Source: Zancudomyces culisetae HAW-14-8
Lineage: Eukaryota; Fungi; Kickxellomycota
Length of the DNA: 64,000 nt
Assembly (NCBI GenBank): GCA_052426225.1
Contig: JBNJNM010000021.1
Coordinates: 248,001 to 312,000 of the forward strand
Direction: 5' to 3'
Shown here: one piece after another, positions 11,908 through 24,071 of the stretch
How positions within the stretch are numbered: position 1 is the stretch's first letter
Layout: each line of letters begins with the position of its first letter
The notes under the pieces: generated by a model
Database searches by the model: none
What the model was told of the DNA's origin: nothing
Seen by the model: only the letters and a program-made list of their open reading frames with translations
Made by a program: the position numbers and the translations under genes

Positions 11908-14900
11908 ATGTACTCTACTCCGACCAAAAGTCAATCAACCAAATCCCACACTCCCTCCCAAGAAACTGCTCCACATACCAAACATCAAGATTCAAACGAA
12001 AACGTTTCTATGAGCCAGCAATCACACAACAACACCAATACAGCCGCTGGAATCGACAATGTCTTGTCAATCGTAAATATTTCGCCCTTTAAGCCTTCAA
12101 ACCCCTTGGTTTCAACTACCAATTCACCACAACGTATCCTGCCACATATCTTACAATTACAACACACCACAACTGTTGATAAGCTTTCTCAGTACTCTCA
12201 CGAACATAACCATAATACCAACATGAATAATAATCAAAGTAACCAACATGCGAATACATTTGTGTTCCAGCCAATTAGTTTGTATGACAAACAACAACAT
12301 GATCAGCAAGAACAACAAGAATTTTGTTATTCTTCGGGTAATAATGCTGATTTTGGACCCAAAATATCTAAATCCAAAAGTCTATTTGCAGAACGCCCAA
12401 CTACTACAGACTTGGATATTAATAATTCCAGCTTTGCGCAGCACGAAAATACCGACCAGCAGTCCTCTTTATACATAAACAAAAACGGTGTTAGTACTAG
12501 TGGATATCGAAACCCTTTGTTTAAAAATGCCACATTCTATGAATACAACCCGTCTAATTACTTCAAAAATGACGCAACTCATGTCCTGGACAAAGACACT
12601 GCGCATGATAACATCTACACTGGCATAAAGAGAAAAAGCAAGGATCATGAAAATGCTCACGAAGCCGTCCACCTTGACGATATCTGCTACATTGATACCG
12701 AAGGTGATCAAGTTGGCTTGTCTACATCAGAGAACTACCAAACAGCCCCCTTAGACACAAGCTTTAGTGGTCTACGAGGAAATTTTTCAGAGGATATGCA
12801 GCTAGTCACAAGAGGTGTCAGTTCACCATCTACACCAGCCAAGACACCGGTAGATAGGCTATATTCACAAGTCAAAAGACACTTATTAACAGGATCCAGT
12901 GATGAGTCGGAGTATTTCCGGTTGTTTGATTCATTCAACATGGTCGAACATCTTGAAAACAACAACCAGGTCAAAGTTGTCAACTATTACATTTCAAACG
13001 AGCGAACACGGTTCTATTTTGGCAAGTGCTTTAAATCCAAACGCATAATCACCACAATCGATGGTGTTGAACTATCCAAAAATGATGAACTTGAAATTTT
13101 TAAACGGGAATATTCTGGAATTGTTGATAAACTGAATGGAGATCCCGCACTACTCAATACTGAAATAATGAAGATGAGAAAGAAAAAGAAGAAAAAAAGG
13201 GGGAAAAGAATGAGTCGAGAAGGTTCACTCCTTGGAATACAAACAGAAAAAGATTTTATTGATATTAGCAGTGATTCAACCGATAATCAAGACAGCTGTT
13301 TAGATATGGATTCAGACTCAGATATGGGTTCAGATTCAGGTTCAGCTGTTAGTCCAGATTCAGATGTTGGCTCAGACTCAAGTACGAGTTCAGGTTCGGA
13401 TATTGGTGGCGAAATGAGCATTAGTGTAGTGATTAAAAATATGAAGGGATATATGAACAATCGTGGTAGAAAGACTAATAAAAACGATAGCGATAAAAAT
13501 GATGGAGACAGAGTTGATGATAATGATGGTCTTGCTAACGAGTCTGAGAATATTGGTGACAGCGCAGCTGCGAGTGGAAGTGGGGATGACAGTCACACCG
13601 TTAGTAATGCTGAGAGTACCGATGATATTGATGATGTTGACGGTAACCGAATCTTTCCTCAAAATAATACTGGAGAAAATGGAGCCAAGAGTGTGTCTAA
13701 TTTAATATCAGCGTCTATTAGTTTGGACCACAATCATCATTTGTCTCATCTTGGAAATTTGCAAAATAGCAACGAGAATATCTCTACCCCAACTTCAAAA
13801 GTTTCTAAACTGATTGAGATTATTAATTCTTCGCGAAAATCGGATATATCCTCGAGCAAAGTTGGTATGCAACGAGATGGTAAACAAGCTAAAACCTATA
13901 GTATTTGTGGGGATATTGATAGTGATAATAGTGAGGAAGATAACTTTGGTGGTGATGGTGATGGTGATATTAAGACCTCAAGAGCTGAGGATAATCAAGA
14001 ATCGCAGCACGAAAGTTTATTTTTTAACAAGTATAAATGCCAGGAATATCCCAAACTTAAAATCGAGAAACCCAGCGTAAGAAAACCCTGATTTTCTTTT
14101 TTTTTCTTATTTTTTAAAACGTTTATTCATATGACCAAGTTGTGCCTACTATAAAAGGCTTATACCTTGTATTCTGTCGAATAACGTGACAAATTTATAA
14201 ATATATGATAACTCCTATTTCATATAGACACCTAAAGAAGAAGAAAAAAATGATAAAGTCACAGATAAGCCCTTTGTTGTGGAGAGCGATAATACATATA
14301 AAGAAAAACCGCAGTGTCCGATATGCTACGAACACTATTCAACAGAAGCAGAGTTTAGGCCCGTAAGTCTAAAGTGCGGACATGTGTATTGCAAAAAGTG
14401 TACATATAAATGGTTTTGCACAACAATTCGAAACCAAAAGTCTAGTGGCCACGGAAATTCAATACATGCTGGTATCAACAGCAAACAGAGGATAAAACCC
14501 ACAAGAACATCCAGGGCTAAATGTCCTAGGTGTAACCGGCAGTCGCAATTTGGCGATTTGAGAGAAATATATCCAAATTGTCTGATTGCAATCGATACCG
14601 AAAAACTGGATACCGCTAACCGAAACTACCAGGCTGCAACTAGTGAAAACACAGTGCTGCGTGTTAGAATTTCCAATTTGGAAGCGGAATTGAATCGCTA
14701 CAAAATTGAACTAGCGACACTGAGAAATAGGCTCGGAAGGGTTTATGATTCCGCTGATCACCAAGGTGGCAGCGATGGTGAGTGTGGTGGATCACATCAG
14801 GCGCAAACATATATCAACGATAACAGCAACTGTGGGGATTATGGTAGCGGTAGTGGTAGTGGTAATGGTAAAAAGGAGCTCACAATCAATAAAAATGCCT

Positions 14901-16621
14901 ATACTAGCGACGGATTTTGCAGTATAGATGATTTTAGCCTACATTCAGATGATTTGATGCTGGAAAATAATGACAACAGTAATATCAATGAAAATAGCGG
15001 CAGTAGCCGTAATGATGATGTGCGTGATGAGTATCCAAATAACACCAAACACATGACCTTTACTCTTGGAAGCACTGTAACAATGTCTCCAAATGCACCT
15101 ACAAAGGATTACCTTCGAGTACTTTTGATTAATGAAAACTATGGCAATGTTGGAAAAATATTTGCAGGTGTTTATAATGATAAAGTTGGCAAAAATTTCA
15201 TTGCTGCCTTTGACACAACCGAGCTTCGGGACCAGCCCAACTTGCAAGTCATACCAAGCTTTTACCATGAAGGTAGTTATTGTCCATTCTACCGGTTCAT
15301 ATCGACAGCCTTATGCATTAAAGAATTTTGTCAAGTTAATGAGCCAATTCGAACTATGTATGTTGATCACACCCAGGCATCGAGCCTACATACAGATGTC
15401 TACTTCACAATCTCCAATTTATTATTTAAATCGAGTTTTGAATCAGAAACCCAGTATCCTCAAAACCCTAGTGCCCCACAGATTCTTTTCAAGGCACCAA
15501 TCGTAATTTGGTGCATGAAATGTGTAGAGTTTTCGTCTCTAAAACCATTTTCTAGTCTAATTACCAACTTTCCGAGAGCCAATACTAGCAACTATTTATT
15601 ATTCCTGGGGTTGATAGGAGGAAAGATCGTAATTTACAGCACAGCTCAGAGGTCTGCCATAAAAACACTATCGACAAAGTCTCTAAATATAGGATCGACC
15701 CCTCTAACCCATATCAACATAGTTGATGGTCAGTATTTATTATGCAGTAATTTATCTGTTGTTTTCATTGTGTTGCTGTCAAAAATCAATTACTCTGATG
15801 CTGAAACTCTTGAAGACTTGGAGTTTGGCAAAAATTGTGTAAAGATTTTTGAACTAAATAACCAGAACATCACTCGGCATATTACTTGGATTTCTGTGTT
15901 TCAACACCAAACCAACCGAGAAAATGACACTACAGATACAAAAACTACTCTATACAACTCTGCTCTTGGCCATCATTTTTTATTCTCAGTCAAGGAACAG
16001 TTGACGAAACCTAATATCGGTGTCAATAAGGCCAACAGTGCCGATGTTTCTTTTGTATCCCTTTTTTATCTTTTTCGGTTTGTTTCTCCAGTCGATAACA
16101 CTGTACTCCCACCTGGTCACATAGATCCGCATCCACCAGGTGGTACCAACAGCGATCTCTCCAATAGCACTAATGGGTTTTATATTTCCGAACTTTTAGA
16201 GTGTATTCCTGGAACCACCAGCCAGCCCCTCCAAAATGGTGATAGTGCCAGTTCCAGCCATCCGCTTTCTTTCGAACCTGTCATAACCACCAACTCGGTA
16301 TTTGGTCGTAACGAAATATCGTCGCTATTGGTACTTGGAAACGACTATACCTATCCCCAGCCTGGAGTCACGACCATCTACATCGCAGTTCCTGACTTCC
16401 TTGCTTCTAAAGCTTTAATCTACAAAATGACCACAATGGACACCGAAAAGAGGTTTGTTTTGGTTCAAACCATATCTTTCAATGGACAGAGTATTTTGGA
16501 TTTGAAGCTATTTCACAACAAAAGCAGTACCATCGATGACCGTTGGGAAACCAAGTATTCTGATTTGGTGGGGCTTTTTGTAGCTACCGAGTATAATTTC
16601 CATGTGTACTATTTAAATTAA
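11908..16621 (+). CDS. RFWD3-like RING-HC + coiled-coil + WD40-like E3 ligase with long disordered N-terminus; 2 exons (11908-14076, 14228-16621)
   Basis: Phase-0 intron GTAAGA(14077)...CATATAG(14227) joins the 727-aa and 780-aa ORFs in frame (PS|TPKEEEK...VESDN). RING CPIC...SLKCGHVYCKKC..KW...CPRC, coiled coil, then beta-rich C-terminus. Confidence 0.65.
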
Positions 16622-17238
16622 TGGGACTATATCCCGCTTGTATTTTAGCTTCATTATACAAATATCTGCATTTTTTTTAGTAACTTTTTTTCTTGACCAA
16701 TTTTATCGTTAAAACAGTTGAATGTTCGCTTAGTTTTGAAGAAATACTGTGGCGCTCCAATATGGCTTGTGTCTTAATTCTTTAAAACTCTTTGTAAAAA
16801 ACAAAAAATTCTTGACATACTGAATAGTAAGCTTATAAGAGGTCTATTGGTATATTGTATCTTTACTGGATTAACATCCGTGCATTTTTTTTGCAACTAA
16901 ACAATCAAGGCAACAAGAATTTGCAACTATGCAGTCTTAGTTTTGATTCAGTAGTAGTCAGCCCATTTGGTAAACAATTGATGGTAAGAAGATTTTAGCT
17001 ATATTTTGTAAACCTTACCTTGTTCGTACATAAAACAATAACATAATCAGTTTACATAAAAATTTTTCTATAAAAGGTGTGGTCCTAAAAAAAATTTATG
17101 CTCTCTTGTTGTTAATTTTTATATATCACTCGAGGTATTTTTGTTCCGTTTATTCCTCTAATAGCGATTAGCAAAGAGAAAAGCAATAGCAAAAGACAAT
17201 TCAACTCAACTTTAAAAAAAACAAAAAAGCTAGCAATC

Positions 17239-17771
17239 ATGGGTAACGTAAGTCATCACACACTTTACTTCGCTACTACATTGTAGCCACATTTATTTTC
17301 TAACCTAATATCTGAATTCTTCACCTTTTTTCTCACCCTTTCTTTTTTTTCTTGATCATAGGGTGCAAAGGCTCAAATGAAACGCGAAAGAAATGCAAAG
17401 GGCGCAGCTAAAGCTCCAAGCAGTCAATTAAAATCAGTAAGTAACCCTTTGTTTTGTTGGTCTACACCACCACTTCTCCCCTTTGTGTATGTGTATGTGT
17501 TTGTGCATCTTTTCATTCTCTTATTTTTTTATTTTTTTAATCAATAGAATCAGCAAGCAAAGAGTATTGTATGTCTGACATGCAGATCAACTTTTCTCTG
17601 TACCAGTCGTGCCAAATCGTAAGTTTCGCCATTTGTTTATAGCTACTTTAATTTTCTAAGCATTCATATTCTTACCTGTTTGAAATACTCAATAGTTTGG
17701 CCGAGCATGCTGAAAACAAACACAATAAGAAGATGGAGGAGTGCTTCCCCGGTTTTATAGATCCAAAATAA
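17239..17771 (+). CDS. Small ZNF706/At2g23090-like (4F5 + C2H2) zinc-binding protein, 4 exons
   Basis: Spliced: MGN|GAKAQMKRERNAKGAAKAPSSQLKS|NQQAKSIVCLTCRSTFLCTSRAKS|LAEHAENKHNKKMEECFPGFIDPK*; all three donors are GTAAGT. Confidence 0.85.
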
Positions 17772-18112
17772 TTCAACTTTTTCTTGTACTTAACCTCTTG
17801 TTCTTCTGTTCTTCTGTTCTTTTTTTATTGAAATCGATTTATCATACAGCAAATACATTATTTTAAAGATAAAAAAGAGCAACCAGTGTATAAGCGAGCA
17901 GATCTATTATTTTGCGCTCTTTGGGCGAAATCCCATTGAGACAAGTGATGAGCTTAAAGTGTTATTCCGTATTCATTTTCGGATAAATTTTCTGCTTATT
18001 AGTAAAATGGCTACGCTAAGTACTCGTGTTGGGCATCATGGATAGACTTTGAATAAATAGCTGGTAAAAGTCGGCTCAACATCAGGGGCGGAAGCAGGGG
18101 GGAGGAAGCAAG

Positions 18113-18631
18113 TCAAGGATTGTTAATTTCAGGCAACGACTTGAGCAGAAACGCTTTGATCTGTTCCATCGCATCCACTCTAACATCTTCAGAAACTATG
18201 TCCTTGGCAAATGGCATTACTTCATCACACAATTCATCTACTGTAACAGTTGATGCATCTTTTTCTTTCATAACTCCTATTTTTTAAAAAAAAGGAGGGG
18301 GGAGGTTAGCCGAAAATTTAGAAGAAACTGGAAAACAATATAAGAAATATCAGGTAATACAAACTTTGGATGTAATTCCATGGTGTTTGTTCTTACTTTT
18401 TACGTGATTCCTCAAATTGTCCTGCCAGCCACAATTATTTAGCTTAGTTCGGATATTCTCCTCAATTCTAGAAATTTATTTGGACCTTTAGCTTCAAGTA
18501 GAATATTTATCTTTTTCAAATTGTATGTCAAAAAAACAAGATTTATTGAAGCCTTTTGTTGTATTTTACCTTTCTCTTTCGCCTGATTCCACAAATCTCC
18601 GCAGGATTTCCTCCCTTACTTGTCTGTCCAT
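18113..18631 (-). CDS. SUS1: Transcription/mRNA export factor Sus1/ENY2, 3 exons (18631-18570, 18467-18397, 18276-18113)
   Basis: MDRQVREEILRRFVESGERERIEENIRTKLNNCGWQDNLRNHVK...VTVDELCDEVMPFAKDIVSEDVRVDAMEQIKAFL; 297 nt spliced, in frame. Confidence 0.88.
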
Positions 18632-19151
18632 AATCAGATACTCCTTGTGTCCTGAATTTTATTTAAAATGAACCGTGTTTTGCTACTCCGTGCAGTGTTC
18701 TGTTATCGTTAGTTTCTAAAACCCCAGTTCTTTAATGCTGATTACATACAATATATGTAGTTTTATATCCTCTACTTGTTTCTGCCAGGTATGTTAGAAT
18801 TGCTGAATTTTCCGCCTATAAGTATTTACATAAGGCCCTTTCAAACCATTATTATTTTGGACTGCACAACTCGCAAGGAATTTTTGCTGGTTTTTTTTTT
18901 CTGTCAACAGTTGGTGGGGGAGAAATTATCGAAGCTAACCACTCAACTTGCGGGTTTGGATTGCACCAATTAGTGCTGTTCAAAGTTATGTAATCACTAT
19001 TTCTTTATCAAGATCCCGAATTGAGTGGTCGATAATGTTAAAGGCTCAAGATTGTATACCTTGTTCCATTTCTCACTAAAAGAATTTTCGTTCTCGCTTA
19101 AGCAGTAATTTACCATAGAAATTTTACATAGAAGGAATCCAGCTACTAAAA

Positions 19152-19481
19152 ATGTCGACGGCTGCCAAGTTAACTTTTTTAACCTCTATAGTCCTGTGCT
19201 CAGTCACTGTGTGGGGAGTTCATCGAATTCAAGACATCGAAAGAGAGGTACACATTCATTTTAACTTTATTTGGGGGCAGAAAATGTATATACATTTAAG
19301 AGGCATCTTTGCTGAAAAAGCATAATATCTTTTTTTTAATTAATAGACAGTTCATCAAGGCGTGATAAAAGATGATGAGCGAAAAATGAAAAGGATGAAG
19401 AATATCCAAGAGTTTAATGAGCAGCGAGAAAAACACTCAGAATTGATTAAAAACCAGCCCAATCTTCGAGAGATCAAGTAA
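19152..19481 (+). CDS. PET117: Cytochrome c oxidase assembly factor Pet117, 2 exons
   Basis: MSTAAKLTFLTSIVLCSVTVWGVHRIQDIERE|TVHQGVIKDDERK...; matches the Pet117 'VH..Q..ER..LHQGV..D.ER' pattern. Confidence 0.88.
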
Positions 19482-22370
19482 AACATGCACAAGGAGCATC
19501 ATTATTGTTTTTTTTTTGTTAGAACCTATTAACTGATATCAGTAGTATTTATGGGGGGGAAACGTTTAAATCTATCTTTTCAACCCCCTGTTTCTTCTTA
19601 TTTTTACCTCTTCTCCTATATTACAAAGAGCTTCGCAGCTTGAAACGGCCAACTAGGAGATTTTGCAAAGGTTGTATGTATCACTCACACCAGTTACTTT
19701 TGCTTTTCAAAACAATATAGTACAATCAAAATCTACGGTGGTTATCAAATTGAATTTTATTACTTGCTAGGCATTGTGTTTAGAATAAAGTATAATATCT
19801 TCTTTCTCACCCCCAATCAAGTATCCATTATTAAGTATCGAAAGCCTAAAGATATAGTTTGCTGTATATTGTACATGTTTCCGTGTCCACTATCTTTGAT
19901 TACATTGTTGCTTTGTTTACCTTACACTCTTTTAGTTCATTTGTTTGCTCGATTATTACTACCTGATTTTCTTTTTTCTTTGTACAGGCATTGAGATGAA
20001 CAAGGGAACGATGGCTAGCACGGAGACCTTCACTACAGCAGTTTTCCATTAAGGCACATTATTTTTGTGCTTAAAAGTGAGAGGCTGAGAAAATAGCTAA
20101 GTGCTAGTGAGATATATTTATCCGAACAATCTATCTCTTTTTTTTTGGATAAACGCTTCTTCCTCTAAAAAAAAAGTGTATAAGTGGGAATATGCACAGC
20201 AGGTAAACAAGAAAAACTCCTTCAACATGGATACCAACATTTACTCGTGATGGATGGTACAGGCTTATTACTGCTGTTGTATTTTTTTTTAGAAACCTAG
20301 GTATGGTCGGGCGAGTTATATGGCTGTAGTTGAACCTATCAAACCCTCAAGCAGTGGTTAAACCATATGTTTCTGACTTTTTTACTCTATCAGACCTCTG
20401 CTCTGAATTAGGCTAATTTTCTGCGCAACGAGCCGGCATTTTAGGTTCACAGTTAATAATAAATAACTTGGTTTGATGGATACATATCGACCACATTGCT
20501 TTTTACTCATCAATATGTACTTTGGCTGCCTTTTGAGCATATGTACACTTTATACTGGAAATATTAGCGCTAGAATTAATGTTTTCCATATGTTTGATAT
20601 TGCAGAAAGATGCGATATACAAAGATACCATGTTATATTTACTTGGTGCGCGACCTTTATGACTAATGCAGCCTTTTTGAATGTTGTATACGTCAAGCAT
20701 AGATGGTACACTTTTTTACGAGTAATTCGCAGGGCTAGTGGGATCTCATTTTCACATTTTCTCGTGAATTTACTCGATTTGATAGACACTGATAAATATT
20801 AACTAGATTTTGCAAAGCATTTGAGTTTTTTAAGGCTGGGTCGCTTGGAGAAAAATCTCATGGTAAAACGAAAGTATTTTTTCTGACTCTAGATATACTC
20901 GGACTTTGTATATGATTAATTCAAATACAACTAGCTACGTGAACCAGGAAATAAAGATTGTGGTAGAACAAGGATGGCGCTGAAAGTAGTTTGACTATAA
21001 AGGAACATTTGTTTATTGTGGAACTGACCAACAAACAAAACCACAAGCAGCATTCTACGAGGCATTTTCCGAAAAGGATGTGTTTTTAATTTTGAAAGCG
21101 AGTAGCAATAATCAACATTAAAGACACCTTATACATGCCTCAACGATCAATAGGCAAATGTGTCGGCTGCTAAAATGATCTATTATGCCTATCAACGCAT
21201 GCTAAAATATTTATGTAATTTTATTGGTGAGCAATATATCGGCGAGTTAAGTTCAATCCTCCTTTTTTAATGGTGTCATTTGAACCTTTGTTTCTTTTTT
21301 TTGTCCTTTCTACTTGCTCATTGCAATATTATTTGCGTTTGTGTTGGAAAATTGAGCTGATAGCAAGTAAAAGCTGCGTAATTATAACAGATCCGCCTTC
21401 TCAAGCATAATTTGCTGATTTTTTTTTATTTGTTTATTATATTCGCTTTTTCTTTAGGAAAAACAACTCATAGGCTTTGTTGAAGCTTGCCTTGAATTTA
21501 TTGTCTGATTCGATTATGTTTTTTCCGCTGCTGTGGAAAAAAATTGGCTTGGTTATATTAGCTTAAAACAAAGCACAATTTAATATTTTATAAATTGCCT
21601 TAATTATTAGACCTGGTTCAAGCCACATTGAAAGTTTAATTTATTAGCTACTAATTTTGTGGCATGCTAAAAATGTGAAGAGATTATTCCAACGACGTCT
21701 TTTGTCAAGCAAAGATCGTTTAACAATAAACCTTGGTTGCGACACAAATCAGGGTTACAATTCCCTGAATATTTTTATCAGTTGTTATGGTTCTAGAATC
21801 TAAAATAATAAAATGTACATGATATAAAGCATTATGTACAAACTGATGTCGCATGGGGCTTAAGTAGGCATCAGTTTGTACCTTTTTTTCAAAACCCCAG
21901 TTGAGATAATAAGAAGAAAAGAAAAGATATTCAAAATTCTATCTTTGATATAAATAGACGCCTATCGACCTATTGTAGAGGTACATGTATCTATAACACC
22001 ATTTTTCTTTTCTTTTCTAAATACGAATACGCTATAGAACTCTGAGCTACACCTTTAGTCAACATATATACCCTTTCAATACTAACGTTAAAGTTTTTTT
22101 TTTTACAATCTAGCTTTGTATAGAAACATTGCACGCCTATCAAGCTGGTAACAGTAACTACAAGCGTAATAAGTAGCGACAACATCACAAATATCAATCT
22201 TGACAGCAATACCAATAGCACCAAATAAGGAATCCTCGCCAAATCCAAAGTAACATCCTTTGAGACATACTGGTATAACTAGCAGAACATAAATCATCAC
22301 TTACACAATAATTAAATAGAGCAAAGTAAAATAGAACAAAAGAAATAAAATAACTTGGAAAAATCACAAG

Positions 22371-23129
22371 ATGCAGTATAAAATCGTTGAATTAACTGAT
22401 TCTTATTTTACCCAAGATGGGCTGAAGCATAGAACAAACTCTGGGCTATTCTCTATAAATCGTTCTGCAAATACTGGCACAAACTATTTTACAAAAAACA
22501 GCGAAATTTTCACAAACCAAAATCTCGGACTGTCGAATACATGTTCGATTTACAGTGACATTGAAGATTCGTCTATATGGTCTGTTCAATCTAACCAAAC
22601 GGAAAAACTACGTTTTGATGAACCCAGCTTACCCACCCCTGACACTGATTTTAATAGTAACATCAACCGATTTTCTTTTTCATCAGCCTCTAGCACTACT
22701 AGCTGCACAGAACGGCCTTCATGTTCACCCCTACACATAAAAACTAAGAATGAGTTTGGCAAACCCGATTTCAAACCAGAGCATATCATAGTGTTTTGTC
22801 CAATAGAATCACCAAACAATTTTGTTTGTGCGCCATCATCTCTATCCCCCGAAACCGTTGAGACAATTTCGATGATGTATTCTGAAAGTAGCCAAAAGAT
22901 ACACCTTTTGAGAGAGGATTCGCTATCGCAGGAAAAGGAATATGTAGCCTCTGTAAAAGAGAAAAACGCAGCTGGCGGGATTTGTGCACCAGAAAAAGTA
23001 ATTCTGCGACATGAAATTCTAAGAGAAAAGCTATACCAGACTAGATGTCTTTTAGCAGATGAGATCAGAAAAGTACAGTTTTTGAGAAAGACCTATGGAT
23101 TATACATTATTTCGGGTAACGAACTTTAG
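22371..23129 (+). CDS. Hypothetical Ser-rich protein with C-terminal helical/coiled segment
   Basis: 252-aa ATG-initiated ORF in AT-rich DNA; no recognised family. Confidence 0.6.
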   Translation: MQYKIVELTDSYFTQDGLKHRTNSGLFSINRSANTGTNYFTKNSEIFTNQNLGLSNTCSIYSDIEDSSIWSVQSNQTEKLRFDEPSLPTPDTDFNSNINRFSFSSASSTTSCTERPSCSPLHIKTKNEFGKPDFKPEHIIVFCPIESPNNFVCAPSSLSPETVETISMMYSESSQKIHLLREDSLSQEKEYVASVKEKNAAGGICAPEKVILRHEILREKLYQTRCLLADEIRKVQFLRKTYGLYIISGNEL

Positions 23130-23381
23130 ACAAACCCACCCGCAACTGTTTGTAGATTATCTCAATGTTGTGGCTATTATTTTTTTTTACATTCACATTA
23201 GACGAGCTGTAAGATTTCATTTTCATTTATATCGCTTATAACTTGTAGTGTATATTTTAACTTACCCCCCCCCCCCCCCCACAAGAAAGCCTCATTTATT
23301 CAACAAACGAAACCTAGCTTTTATTGCGATATATGAAAGTGGAGAGCAAATAGTTGGATTTTGTATACATAATACATACAT

Positions 23382-23450
23382 AATACATACATACATACAT
23401 ACATACATACATACGTACATACATACGTACATACATACATATATATATAT
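23382..23450. repeat. (ACAT)n/(AT)n microsatellite, with a nearby poly-C run (~23265-23280)
   Basis: Directly visible. Confidence 0.9.
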
Positions 23451-24071
23451 TTTCCTTTTCACTAGTCAGCAAGACTGTGAAGATGGGTACATTTCTCATG
23501 TTTCAGTAGTATGAGGAAGAGTATATGTGTTGCTGTTTATGTTTGCAGGTCTGGATTTCATGTTTTTGATTTTTGCTTAATATTCAGTTGGCAGTACAAA
23601 CACTACAAAAACAATCTCCCTGAACCAACACTGGATCAGGATGTAGTTTCTAAAGAGATGACAAGGAATTGGTCAGATTAATACTAGCTAGTATTTTTTT
23701 TCTTAGCAGTTTAATGTGATTATTCAGCAAAGTCATTACGCAAAAAAAAAAACAACGTAAATTTTAAATCAAGAAAATATGAAAGTGGGTTGGAGCCAGT
23801 AAGGTTAATAGAACTAGTAATAGATAAGCCTTTCACGTTCAAAATGGTATATATATGTGCATGTGTGAAGGTAATATGATGAAAAAAGGGGAAGGTGTAG
23901 TTGCCTAGCAAAAAAATTCTTGGATGAAACAGAAAAAAAACAGTATAAATATAAAAAAATTCAGATTAGGCAGTAAAGTTGGCCTTGGCTTTAAACACTT
24001 TTTGACCCTTTGAAATATATACGCGTACAGTTATTTGCAGCAACGGGCTTATCTAGAAAACTATACGAAAG

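Noticed and set aside
21852-21863. ATGGGGCTTA resembling the RNase MRP 3' motif
   Set aside because: No upstream GAAAGTCCCC partner found
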